NCBI GenBank assembly: GCA_963663865.1 | Contig: OY760686.1 | Location: 1,248,001-1,312,000, forward strand | Direction of reading: 5' to 3' | From: Spirochaetota bacterium | Lineage (GTDB): Bacteria; Spirochaetota; UBA4802; UBA5550 | Length of the DNA: 64,000 nucleotides | Notes under the pieces: model-generated | The model's database searches: none | Told to the model about the DNA's origin: nothing | What the model saw: only the letters and a program-made list of their open reading frames with translations | Program-made: the position numbers and the translations under genes | Shown: positions 10,517 through 20,091 of the stretch, piece by piece | Layout of the letters: every line of letters begins with the position of its first letter | Position numbering within the stretch: position 1 is the first letter of the stretch

Positions 10517-10892
10517 TTTTGTCCTTAAGTCCGTTCAGTACAGCATCTTTGCCGTTTCCTGAAGCCTCAATGAAGCGGTTTTCGATCAGCTTCCCTCCTG
10601 AATTGAGCTTGAGAACAGCTTTGATGTTGCCCTCTCTGTGCCCGACATTGAAATCGCTGCCGGAATAGTTAATTGTCTCAATTCCTGAAGAAAAGGAGTA
10701 TACCGCTATCTCAAGCTGGTATTCACTTTCACTTGAAATGAGTCCCTCAGGTAGAGAGGCCCTTATTTCACTTTCGGATACAACTAAACTTTCCGGCACT
10801 GTAATTGAGACAGTGCTCACGCTTTTAACCTTACCGGAACAGGAGGTCGCAGCGGCTATAAGCGCTGTGAAAAAAATAGCAAGAAGCCTCAT
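10494..10892 (-). CDS. Hypothetical lipoprotein
   Basis: MRLLAIFFTALIAAATSC signal peptide and lipobox; start set at ATG 10892. Confidence 0.65.
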   Translation of the reverse strand: MRLLAIFFTALIAAATSCSGKVKSVSTVSITVPESLVVSESEIRASLPEGLISSESEYQLEIAVYSFSSGIETINYSGSDFNVGHREGNIKAVLKLNSGGKLIENRFIEASGNGKDAVLNGLKDKIRAEFAE

Positions 10893-11070
10893 GACAAATA
10901 ACCTGATATTGATGTATTTTAGCTTATTGGCAAAGCTTAAAGCTGAAAGGGTGTGAGTCATATAAATTTTCATGTTTTTTGTTTTTATTCCGAAAATTAA
11001 TTGAATGGATCTGCCGAATAACGGTATGCCGGCAATTAAGTTTCACCTGCATAAGGATAAGGGGAATCAA

Positions 11071-11511
11071 ATGAAGGATGTAATTATTATCAAGTCAATT
11101 TTTCTTTTTGCTTCAATATGGGGACTCTCCCTGTTCCTGATGTGGTTCCGTCCGAGAATTGAAATATTTTGGAAGATATCCGCTACTGTCCTGTATGCCT
11201 TTTATGGATGGTTCTTTTACAGCGAGATCGTTAATGGATTCAGAGAGTTCATGTCTTCATGGTATTTAAGTTTTCTTGCTTTTTTTAAAGAGCTCTTTAT
11301 TCTCGTGTTTGTAAATCTGTTTTTTCTCTGGCCTGTTGCTCTCGTGCTTGTCTATTTCAAGGCCGATGAAATCGGGGCAGAAAAGCTTCTGAGATTTATG
11401 TGCCTTCTTACAATAGCTCTGTGGATAATTTTCGTATTATATTACTATTTCAGCTCGGGTATAGACAGCTTTCTTCTTGAAAAGCTGAAAGAGATGGTGC
11501 CAGGTGCTTAA
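11071..11511 (+). CDS. Hypothetical multi-pass membrane protein
   Basis: About four hydrophobic segments; ATG 11071 after AAGGGG. Confidence 0.7.
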   Translation: MKDVIIIKSIFLFASIWGLSLFLMWFRPRIEIFWKISATVLYAFYGWFFYSEIVNGFREFMSSWYLSFLAFFKELFILVFVNLFFLWPVALVLVYFKADEIGAEKLLRFMCLLTIALWIIFVLYYYFSSGIDSFLLEKLKEMVPGA

Positions 11512-11965
11512 ACTTCTCGTTGCGGCTCTCGTTTTTAGTGCGCCTCCCGGCGTTCCGGCGGAGCCTGCAGTTATGTACAGGCAGGGAGCCGATCTTGCCT
11601 CTTCGGCGAGGTATGATGAAGCCGCGGCAGTTTTCAAGTCGCTTGTGGATATCAGTCCAAACTATACGCTTGCACACTACGGCTATGGCAGATGCTGCCT
11701 TTATACCGGGAAAACGGAGGAGGCGGTATATCATCTTTCTATTTGTGTTAAGCTGGACCGGACTTTAGCGAAGGGGCATTTTCATCTGGGTATGGCTTAT
11801 CTGAGATACGGGAAAAAAATCAGAGCCATTCATTCATTTAAAAGGGCTTACGAGCTAGATTCTTCGTTCAGTGCCTCTCTGTTTAACATAGGAGCGGTTT
11901 ACGATTCAACAGGCGACTCATACAAGGCTGGAAAGTACTTCGCTATGTTCAACGGAACCAGGTAG
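11504..11965 (+). CDS. Exported TPR repeat protein
   Basis: TPR consensus repeats (AHYGYG, GHFHLGMAY, FNIGAVY) and a hydrophobic N-terminus. Confidence 0.8.
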   Translation: MLKLLVAALVFSAPPGVPAEPAVMYRQGADLASSARYDEAAAVFKSLVDISPNYTLAHYGYGRCCLYTGKTEEAVYHLSICVKLDRTLAKGHFHLGMAYLRYGKKIRAIHSFKRAYELDSSFSASLFNIGAVYDSTGDSYKAGKYFAMFNGTR

Positions 11966-11982
11966 TTGATCACAGATCTTCG

Positions 11983-13476
11983 TTAAACCTTGCGTGAAAG
12001 GCAATTGTCGCAAGAACCGCATCCATGAAAATCAGATTCAAAGTATGTATGGATAAACTCTCTGCGGCATTCTCGTGTCTTTGCGTATTCTACCATTTTG
12101 ACAAGGCGTCCGGTGTCTCCCTTGAGCTTTAATTCGAGAAAATCAGTATCAATAAGCTCATCCGGGTTTTTGCCGGTAAGCCTCAGGTTGTTCTTCTCAG
12201 GTGAGCCTTCTGTAATACCGTACCTGTCGAACAGGCTAAGTACTGTCTGAAGCCTGTGGTCCGAACGGTCCCTGTATACCAGCATTTCCTGGAGATCCGA
12301 GTATGAATGCGAGACCGCTGTTTCCCCCAGGGATTTTAACAGGGTAAAGGTTTTTTTCATGAAGTCAGCGCCGGGGGTTTTCCAGCGAAGAAACTCCATC
12401 TGGACGGCAAGGTCGTCCTGGGTGTACATGAGCAGGCACGAAGATGGTTTTCCGTCCCGACCGGCGCGGCCAATTTCCTGGTAGTATGATTCCAGCGAGT
12501 CAGGTATGTCAGCATGGACAATCATTCTGATATTGTCCTTATCCACCCCCATACCAAAAGCGTTAGTGGCCAAAAGGGTCGCGTTTGAGGACTTTAAAAA
12601 ACCGGACTGGACGGATTTACGTTTGTCGGGTGCAAGCTGTCCATGGTATATGCTGTGGGGGTGCGAGCGAGCGTGAAGGAATGAGCTGAATTCTTGAATG
12701 CATTTTATAAGGGTGAAGTAGACCACCCGGTTGCCGGATTCATTCTTAAGGCGGCTCAAGATCATTTCAAACTTTTCAGACTGGTCAATCGGGTCTTCAA
12801 CCTGAAGAAAAAGATTTGGCCGGGTTATTCCGGAGTTGTACACTGCCGTGTCGGGCCCGAGCCCGGACTGTCTGATGATATCGTCCCGGACTTTTTTGGT
12901 TGCTGTTGCGGTCAGGCATACGGTGACAGGGTTGCCCGTCTGTTCACGGAAAGAGGCGATAAGGCTGTAGTCAGGCCTGAAGTCATGGCCCCAGCTGCTT
13001 ATGCAGTGCGCTTCGTCTATCGCAAGAAGGTTGACTCTGCGCTCTCCCAGGCTCTTAGTGAACTCGTTGTTGCGGAACCTTTCCGGAGAGACATAGACTA
13101 TTTTATAGCGGCCGGCCCGTATGCCTTCGTAGCGGGCGGAGCGCTGTTCCTTGCTGAGGGAGGAGTTGATGTAACAGGCATCTATCCCCCTGCCTGTGAG
13201 TTTGTCGACCTGATCCTTCATCAACGCTATTAAGGGGGATATTACCAGAGTCAGCCCGTCGAATATAAGGGCGGGCAGCTGATAGCAGAGCGATTTGCCC
13301 ATTCCTGTGGGCATGACGACAAGCGTATTTTTACCTTCCAGTACACCGGTTATTATTTCCCTCTGACTGTCACGGAAGGATGTAATCCCGAAATAGTCTG
13401 AGGCCAGCTCTTCAAGGTTCTTTTTTAGTTCCACAGGATTATTATGTACGTCAGTTTGTGTTTTTTCTTTTCTCAT
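11983..13476 (-). CDS. recQ: RecQ family ATP-dependent DNA helicase (short form, no recognisable HRDC domain)
   Basis: MPTGMGKSLCYQ, DEAHCISSWGHDFRP, TATAT, ATNAFGMGVDK, YYQEIGRAGRDG and Zn motif CRR...CGSCDNC. Confidence 0.92.
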   Translation of the reverse strand: MRKEKTQTDVHNNPVELKKNLEELASDYFGITSFRDSQREIITGVLEGKNTLVVMPTGMGKSLCYQLPALIFDGLTLVISPLIALMKDQVDKLTGRGIDACYINSSLSKEQRSARYEGIRAGRYKIVYVSPERFRNNEFTKSLGERRVNLLAIDEAHCISSWGHDFRPDYSLIASFREQTGNPVTVCLTATATKKVRDDIIRQSGLGPDTAVYNSGITRPNLFLQVEDPIDQSEKFEMILSRLKNESGNRVVYFTLIKCIQEFSSFLHARSHPHSIYHGQLAPDKRKSVQSGFLKSSNATLLATNAFGMGVDKDNIRMIVHADIPDSLESYYQEIGRAGRDGKPSSCLLMYTQDDLAVQMEFLRWKTPGADFMKKTFTLLKSLGETAVSHSYSDLQEMLVYRDRSDHRLQTVLSLFDRYGITEGSPEKNNLRLTGKNPDELIDTDFLELKLKGDTGRLVKMVEYAKTRECRREFIHTYFESDFHGCGSCDNCLSRKV

Positions 13477-13700
13477 AAAACGCGGCGATTACCTCTTTGG
13501 ATTTGCCGGGGGTGTAAGTTAATTCAGCAACAATGCGACTCTTTCAGAGGGACGATTATAGTCAATCGCAATACTCCCCCGTCCGCTCTCGGTTTGCTTC
13601 AGTTATTTTATAGTAAACTTTCTACAGTAAAAATAATTTCACTGAGTGTGCCGCCTTTGCAACATATTATGGAAAGGCACGGGGCTGTTTGTTATAGTAG

Positions 13701-13729
13701 TTGCAAAAAAAATACCGGCCGGCTATACT
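13701..13729 (+). promoter_or_regulatory. Putative sigma-70 promoter for the RRM/citrate synthase operon
   Basis: TTGCAA, 17 nt spacer, TATACT. Confidence 0.55.
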
Positions 13730-13840
13730 GGACTTCCGGCTTTGGCAGTGCAGAGAGTTTCTTCATAAAAGCCCGGTCACCCCGAGGGGTGGTTGAAGTC
13801 TAATCCGCAGCAGAATATTTGGTCATTGAAGAGGGCGCTT

Positions 13841-14158
13841 ATGTGGATACTTGTAGAGAACCTTTCATCGGAATCTACTGAAGATGAAATTGCCGAGCTT
13901 TTTGATATTTACGGTGATGTTGACAGTATTACGGTGATAGCTGAAGAACCGGGTGAGGATTCCCCCGCTACGGCGCTTGTAGTGATGAGTTCGGCTGAGG
14001 ATGCAAGTTCAGCGATTGAGGCTCTTGATAAAACCGTGTTTATGGACAGAAGACTGAAAGTCCGCCGTGTCACGGCTAAAACAGCGATGAAGTTCAGGGG
14101 GGATGAGCTTTCAGCTCCAATGAGCTCGCATGGACGCGCAGGGCAGCCCGGGGTATAG
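13841..14158 (+). CDS. Single-RRM RNA-binding protein (divergent)
   Basis: ILVENLS..TEDEIAELFDIYGDV..A.SAIEALD....MDRRLKV matches the bacterial RRM pattern; RNP aromatic residues are partly lost. Confidence 0.8.
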   Translation: MWILVENLSSESTEDEIAELFDIYGDVDSITVIAEEPGEDSPATALVVMSSAEDASSAIEALDKTVFMDRRLKVRRVTAKTAMKFRGDELSAPMSSHGRAGQPGV

Positions 14159-14168
14159 GAGGGACGAA

Positions 14169-15542
14169 GTGGTAGAAAAGCTTATTGATCAGATCAGTTT
14201 ATTCCTTGAGACCCATAAACCCATCCCTGAAGAGATAATCCGGGCAAAGAACGTGAAGGTAGGGCTCCGGAATGAGGACGGTTCCGGGGTTCTCGCTGGA
14301 ATAACCACAAAAGGTATCGTTACAGGTTACAGGATTGAACAGGACGAAGCGGATCCTGACTTTAAAAAGAAAGTCCCGGTTGAGGGAAAGTTGACCTACT
14401 GCGGCTATGATGTGAAGGAAATCGTTGAGTCGCTCACCAGGGAGGAGCGTTTCGGATTCGAAGAGGTCGTTTTTTTGCTTCTGTCAGGCCGTCTGCCCGA
14501 GAAGTCAGAGCTCAAGATTTTTTCAAAAGAGCTGGTTAGGCGCAGAAGGCTGACAAGAGCAGAGAGAACTGTTGTTATGGAAGATGTGCCTGATTACAAT
14601 CAGATGTATGTTCTTCACAGCGCTGTATCCCATCTTGGAAGATGCGACGCTAGTTCAGATTCAGTTGAAATTATCGATGTCACCAAACAGTGCATTAACC
14701 TTATAGCTAAAATTCCAAACATCATTGCGAATGCCTGGAACGTAGTGGGTTTTTTTTCAACAGGTGACCTTAAGATTCACCGTCCGCGAAATGAGCTTTC
14801 AACTGCGGAAAACTTTCTGTACATGCTAAATGGAGTCCTTCCTACAAAGAGGGAGGCCCTGCTGTTTGACAAATTGCTTATTCTTCACGCTGAACACGGC
14901 GGAGGCAACAATTCAACATTTACTGTAAGAACTGTATCTTCAAGCGGGGCCAATACCTATATGGCGCTTGCTTCCGGAGTCGCATCTCTGAGCGGCTACC
15001 TTATGGGAGGTGCAGATGAATCTGTTGTTGATATGATTGATGAGCTCAGTTTCAGAGGCGGCAGTCCCTCCGACAGCGACATTAAGGAATATCTTCTGTC
15101 ATATATTGAACGCAAAAAAAGCCTGAGGCCTTCAGAGATGATGGGATTTGAACATGTGATACCGGGATTCGGTCACGCTGTTTACACAATTTCTGACCCG
15201 AGATCGGTTATTCTGCGCGAGATGGCTTCCTCTTACGCTGAGGAGAAGGGTTTGCTTGCAGAGCTGGATTTGTACATAAGGGTGGAGAAGATTGCAGTTC
15301 AGCTTTTGAGCGAAATGAACAGCGCTCCGGTATGTTCCAATGTTGACTTCTACTCAGGATTTCTCTACAGGCTTCTTGGGATACCCAAAGAGCTCTTTAC
15401 CCCAATCTTTGCTATGGCGAGAATGGTAGGCTGGTCTGCTCACAGAATTGAACAGCTCATTCAGGCAAAGATTATCAGGCCCGCGTATATATCATCGTCT
15501 GATTCAGAAAATGAGTTTGTACCGATGGCTGACAGGGGATAA
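14169..15542 (+). CDS. Citrate synthase family protein (one catalytic His replaced)
   Basis: GLRNEDGSGVLAG, HAEHGGGNNST, GFGHAVY..SDPR, NVDFYSG, IIRP; GTG start after AGGAGG. Confidence 0.9.
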   Translation: MVEKLIDQISLFLETHKPIPEEIIRAKNVKVGLRNEDGSGVLAGITTKGIVTGYRIEQDEADPDFKKKVPVEGKLTYCGYDVKEIVESLTREERFGFEEVVFLLLSGRLPEKSELKIFSKELVRRRRLTRAERTVVMEDVPDYNQMYVLHSAVSHLGRCDASSDSVEIIDVTKQCINLIAKIPNIIANAWNVVGFFSTGDLKIHRPRNELSTAENFLYMLNGVLPTKREALLFDKLLILHAEHGGGNNSTFTVRTVSSSGANTYMALASGVASLSGYLMGGADESVVDMIDELSFRGGSPSDSDIKEYLLSYIERKKSLRPSEMMGFEHVIPGFGHAVYTISDPRSVILREMASSYAEEKGLLAELDLYIRVEKIAVQLLSEMNSAPVCSNVDFYSGFLYRLLGIPKELFTPIFAMARMVGWSAHRIEQLIQAKIIRPAYISSSDSENEFVPMADRG

Positions 15543-15543
15543 G

Positions 15544-16335
15544 ATGAATCAGGACCAGGTTGTTCAGAATTTACTGCTTCTTGACAGTAAAGTTCCGGAT
15601 TTTATAGTAACGTTTACAGGAAAAAACAGCGACAGGGTTGACGGGCTCTATAAGCCCGATAGCTGTGAAATCATCATCCACAATAAAAACCATGAAACCG
15701 ACAATGCGCTCATGTACACCGCCATTCATGAATTCGCTCATCATGTTCAGTTTACCGGCTCAGCGAAGCCGGTAACATCACGGGCGCATACGACTGATTT
15801 CTGGAATACATTTCACAGGCTTCTCGAAAGGGCTGAAGAGCTCGGGATTTACACCAATGTGTTCGAGAGCGAAGAGGAGTTTATCGTTTTGACGAAGCAG
15901 ATAAAACAGAATTATCTGCACGAGAACGGCCGGATGATGAAAGAGATGGCCTCCATACTCTTTAAAGCATTTGAGCTCTGTTCCCGCTTCCATGTTTCAT
16001 TCGATGACTACATGGACCGGGTTATCGGACTTCACAGGTCAACAGCAAGAACAATTTTGAAGATGCAGACAATGGATATTGACCCGAGCATTGGATTCGA
16101 GAACATGAAGGTGGTGGCATCTGTTAAAGACGAGACAGTAAGGGCTGAAGTTGAAAAGGCATTTTTGAAGGGCAGCAGCCCGGATATGGTGAAGGCGATG
16201 CTTGCTGGCAGAAAACCTGAGAACAGATTGGACTACCTTCTGGAAGAAAAGGAGCGGCTTGAAAAAATGCTTGAATCAGTCACGGTCAGACTGGCAAAAG
16301 TTGAGCGAGAGATAGAAAATGAAAAATACGTGTGA
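15544..16335 (+). CDS. Hypothetical SprT-like zincin with helical C-terminal region
   Basis: HEFAH (HExxH) plus downstream AHTTDF; coiled-coil C-terminus. Confidence 0.65.
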   Translation: MNQDQVVQNLLLLDSKVPDFIVTFTGKNSDRVDGLYKPDSCEIIIHNKNHETDNALMYTAIHEFAHHVQFTGSAKPVTSRAHTTDFWNTFHRLLERAEELGIYTNVFESEEEFIVLTKQIKQNYLHENGRMMKEMASILFKAFELCSRFHVSFDDYMDRVIGLHRSTARTILKMQTMDIDPSIGFENMKVVASVKDETVRAEVEKAFLKGSSPDMVKAMLAGRKPENRLDYLLEEKERLEKMLESVTVRLAKVEREIENEKYV

Positions 16336-16405
16336 CTGTGTTAGACTATAAACCTTTATTAGCTGCTCTCTATTAAGGTGTTGAAGCGGGAAAAAGGAAA
16401 CCGGA

Positions 16406-16594
16406 CTACGCCGAGAAGGCAGGTTCTTTTCTGATTAGAATCTCTTTTATCTTGGCATCTCCGGCCGAAAAATAAATAACATGCGATTCCATGGTTTTAT
16501 ACTCGTTCAGTAGCTGCAGGTAGTCTTCATATCGGCTCATGTCGGTAAAATCCATTTCACTTAACTGACGATTGCTGATGTATATTGTTTTCAT
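16406..16594 (-). CDS. Small hypothetical protein (62 aa)
   Basis: Fills an intergenic gap; ATG preceded by AGGT; protein-like composition. Confidence 0.5.
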   Translation of the reverse strand: MKTIYISNRQLSEMDFTDMSRYEDYLQLLNEYKTMESHVIYFSAGDAKIKEILIRKEPAFSA

Positions 16595-16933
16595 TTGATT
16601 ACCTGCGGAAGAAAGATTCGATCCATTTAATAAACAGCCTATTCCAGACGATTTATTTGTCCAGCATTTTTGGAAAGGACAGGAATTTTCATCGATATTT
16701 AGACGGGCCGCTTTGTTTGCTTCTAAGCCTGTCTGGAAGACGGTATGCTGTATATTGACGGGATTTATCCTTTTACAGGCGGAGTATTTATTAAAAACTC
16801 AGTTGCTGAAACTTTTATGAATAAATAATGAAAAAGTATTGAAAAACACCGGGTTTTTTAAGATTGACTTTATGAGGAGTATTCCTGATTTTTACATTGT
16901 ACAGTTGGAATTCCATCTTTAAGAGAACAGGTT

Positions 16934-17623
16934 ATGAATAAGAAAGTAAGATATCTATCACTGATGCTGATGACAGTGTTGTTTTTTGGAGTGCAGGCGA
17001 ATGCCTACAAATTTGATTTCGTTACAGTAGGGGATGTCGTTAAAAAAATCCAGGAAGCATTTGGGAAGCTGGAGTCCTATCAGGCAAATTTTACTATTAT
17101 GACTGAAAAAATGGGTAAAAAATCTCAGCAGAACGGACAGGTCAAATACAAGTCGAGTGATAAGCTGCTGGTGAACTTTTACAATCCTTCCGGTCAGAAG
17201 ATTATTGCTAATTCCGATATTATGTGGATATATATCCCTTCAATGAATGTTGTTGCCGAACAGGATCTGAAGAATAAATCAGGCATTTTTTCCAATACTG
17301 AGTCAGGATTAAAAAGGCTTTTCTCTAAATACCATTACAAATTTGACAGCAAGGATCAGCCTGAAACCCTGAAGGACGGCTCGAAGTACTATACAATACA
17401 GCTGAAGCAAAAGGAAAGCAGGAGCGGATACAGGACCATGAAGCTGTGGGTTGACGCGGATTACATGATTGTTCGCGCCTCAGGAGAGACGTCGACCGGG
17501 AAAAAGGTGGATATTTCTTTTTCAGACATAAAGAAAAACATAGATTTGCCCAACGGACTTTTCAAATTTGAAGTCCCATCAAGGGCAAGAGTGATTAAGA
17601 ACCCAATGATTTCAGAGGAATAG
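16934..17623 (+). CDS. lolA: Outer-membrane lipoprotein carrier protein LolA family
   Basis: Signal peptide, YQANF, QKIIANSDIMWIYIP, C-terminal FKFEVP; position upstream of rodZ-rimO. Confidence 0.85.
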   Translation: MNKKVRYLSLMLMTVLFFGVQANAYKFDFVTVGDVVKKIQEAFGKLESYQANFTIMTEKMGKKSQQNGQVKYKSSDKLLVNFYNPSGQKIIANSDIMWIYIPSMNVVAEQDLKNKSGIFSNTESGLKRLFSKYHYKFDSKDQPETLKDGSKYYTIQLKQKESRSGYRTMKLWVDADYMIVRASGETSTGKKVDISFSDIKKNIDLPNGLFKFEVPSRARVIKNPMISEE

Positions 17624-17627
17624 AATT

Positions 17628-18758
17628 GTGGAAAGCATAGGCGAAAAACTGCGCGCAGCGAGGGAGGCCAGAAAACTGGCCGTCAGAGATGTTGTAAAAG
17701 ACACAAATATCTCACCACTTTACATTCAGGCGCTTGAGGATGAGGACTTTGAGAGATTTCCCAGCGAGACATATTTAATAGGATTTCTGCGGACATATTC
17801 CGAGTACCTTAAGCTTAATCCTGAAGAGATGATACAGTCGTACCGGGGTTACAAGATTGGAGAGAGCGTTACTCCGCTTGAGGAGCTGACCCGGCCTACA
17901 GGCCAATCCTTCGGAAGTATTCTTGCTCTTTTCGCCGGCAGGCATAAAAATCTTGTTTTACCTGCTGTGATTGTGGTAAGCGCGGCTCTGGTCATCTGGG
18001 GAGCTATTTCGCTTTTCTCCGGCAATGTTGAGATTGGCAAAAGCGAGTCTCTTACCGCCATTAAGGATGAATACAACAGAAAAAATCCTGGCTCAGATAT
18101 TGAAAACGTAAGAAGCCTTCAGCTCCATTCAGGTAAGGGCTTCGTGCTTGTTTACCGGAACGAGGCTGTACAGTTTATGGTAGAGAATAAAGAGGTTGTT
18201 TTCATTCTCAAGAGTATTGATGAAAAATCTGTCAACATTGAAGTTTTGCCGGGGTCTGTCACGGAAAAGCTTGAAATAAATACAACGCGCGCTTTAAAGA
18301 TTGCGGGGACTTCGCGTGATATCAATATCACCTTAAAGGGTATGACCACTAACAGGGCAAATCTTCTTGTTGAGCTTGCTGCCCAGCAGGAGGAGGAAAA
18401 GGCCCCCGAGCAGAAAGAGGAGGTTGTGATACCAGGCGGAGACAGCACAAGTGTCATAGCTCAGAATCCAAAAAGTCTCAGAATTGTGCTCGAAGCAGAC
18501 TTTAAACAGCAGTCCTATGTTGAGCTGTATATTGATGGTACGAACAAGCTGCGCGGCTTTGTGCCGGCTGGAAAACGTCAGGTCTGGGAAGCTAATGAGT
18601 ATATGCAGCTCAAACTCGGAAATGCGGGGGGCGTGGGCCTGAAGATAAATGGCAGGGTTTACATATTCGGAAGAATCGGCCAGGTCGCTAACAAGGTGAT
18701 AACCTGGAGAAAAGATACTCAGAATCCGAATTTATATCATATAGTAGTAAAAGATTAG
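17628..18758 (+). CDS. rodZ: RodZ-like protein (HTH, TM helix, DUF4115-like domain)
   Basis: IGEKLRAARE..ALEDEDF..PSETYLIGFLRTYSEYL, central TM helix, C-terminal LKLGNAGGV. Confidence 0.85.
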   Translation: MESIGEKLRAAREARKLAVRDVVKDTNISPLYIQALEDEDFERFPSETYLIGFLRTYSEYLKLNPEEMIQSYRGYKIGESVTPLEELTRPTGQSFGSILALFAGRHKNLVLPAVIVVSAALVIWGAISLFSGNVEIGKSESLTAIKDEYNRKNPGSDIENVRSLQLHSGKGFVLVYRNEAVQFMVENKEVVFILKSIDEKSVNIEVLPGSVTEKLEINTTRALKIAGTSRDINITLKGMTTNRANLLVELAAQQEEEKAPEQKEEVVIPGGDSTSVIAQNPKSLRIVLEADFKQQSYVELYIDGTNKLRGFVPAGKRQVWEANEYMQLKLGNAGGVGLKINGRVYIFGRIGQVANKVITWRKDTQNPNLYHIVVKD

Positions 18759-18774
18759 AAGTGTCGGTAAGAAA

Positions 18775-20091
18775 TTGTTTTATTCTTCAGATATTACTTT
18801 TTGTATTATATCGCTTGGATGTTCCAAGAACCTTGTAGATTCTGAAAAGGTCAACGGACAGATGATATCAGCCGGTTTTGTACCGGCTGATTCTGTTCAG
18901 GACGCGGCAATTATCATTCTTAATACCTGCGGCTTCATTCTCCCCGCCAAAGAAGAATCCATTGAAGAGATATTCAACGCTGTAAGTGAAAGGGACCGTG
19001 AGCCTCTTGCTGCCGGCGGCTTCAGGAGGAGGGTGGTTGCCATGGGGTGCCTTACACAGCGCTATCTAAGCGATATTCGCAGCGATATGCCGGAAATAGA
19101 CTATGTTATCGGCATTCCTGATGATTCCTTCGTGCAGAAACTCGCTGATGAGTTATCAATCAGTATTTTAAACAACCCGCAATCCGTTCAGGTGCCTCTC
19201 AATAAGGGGCTCTATTATATGAATATTAAAATATCAGAGGGATGCTCAAACAACTGCAGCTACTGTGCCATACCGCTTATCAGAGGGCCCCACAGATCAT
19301 TCTCTACCGAAAGCATTCTCAATGATGTGAGAAACGCGGCTGAAAGAGGGGCGAAGGAAGTGATTCTGATGGGGCAGGACACTGCAGCATACAGCTTTTC
19401 AGGTGTTCGTTTGCCCGAACTGATTGAAAAGGCTGCTTTAGTTGACGGGATAGAGTGGATCAGGCTGCTGTACTGTCACCCTGATCACCTCTCGGACGAT
19501 ATTATTTCCGCAATCGCTGATGTTGATAAGGTGGTCCGTTATATTGATCTTCCATTTCAGCACGCTAATGAACGGATATTGAAGTCAATGGGGCGAAGTG
19601 GGAGCAGTCGCAGCTATGCTGAGCTTGTTCAGCGAATTCGGGATAGAGTTCCCGGAATAGCCCTCAGGTCAACTTTTATGGTTGGATATCCCGGAGAAAC
19701 CGAGGATGAATTTGCCGAATTATTCGACTTTGTTTCGCAAACAGAGCTTGACAGAGTGGGAGTGTTTCAGTATTCGCCTGAAGAAGGAACAAGGGCTGCT
19801 TCAATGAGGCCTTACACGGAGAAGCGGATTGCCGCAAAAAGGCATAGCAGGCTTATGAAGCTTCAGAAAGCCATGTCTGAAGAGAAGCTTCATAGGCTGG
19901 TTGGACAGAAAGTAAATGTCCTTGTCGAAGGCCGGACGGAATCGGGCCTCTTTTTCGGACGGACAGAGTTTGACGCGCCTGATGTGGACGGCTTGTTTTA
20001 TCTTGAGGCCGAAGGCTCTCTTGAAGGGAAGATTCTTACTGCCCTGGTCACTGGTTCCACAGAGTATGATTTAATAGGAGTTATCTCTTGA
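18775..20091 (+). CDS. rimO: Ribosomal protein S12 methylthiotransferase
   Basis: SLGCSKNLVDSE, NTCGFI, radical-SAM CxxxCxxC (GCSNNCSYCAIP), C-terminal DAPDVDG. Confidence 0.95.
   Translation: MFYSSDITFCIISLGCSKNLVDSEKVNGQMISAGFVPADSVQDAAIIILNTCGFILPAKEESIEEIFNAVSERDREPLAAGGFRRRVVAMGCLTQRYLSDIRSDMPEIDYVIGIPDDSFVQKLADELSISILNNPQSVQVPLNKGLYYMNIKISEGCSNNCSYCAIPLIRGPHRSFSTESILNDVRNAAERGAKEVILMGQDTAAYSFSGVRLPELIEKAALVDGIEWIRLLYCHPDHLSDDIISAIADVDKVVRYIDLPFQHANERILKSMGRSGSSRSYAELVQRIRDRVPGIALRSTFMVGYPGETEDEFAELFDFVSQTELDRVGVFQYSPEEGTRAASMRPYTEKRIAAKRHSRLMKLQKAMSEEKLHRLVGQKVNVLVEGRTESGLFFGRTEFDAPDVDGLFYLEAEGSLEGKILTALVTGSTEYDLIGVIS

Noticed and set aside
12694-13233. 179-aa plus-strand ORF
   Set aside because: Lies wholly antisense within recQ and has no protein-like features.
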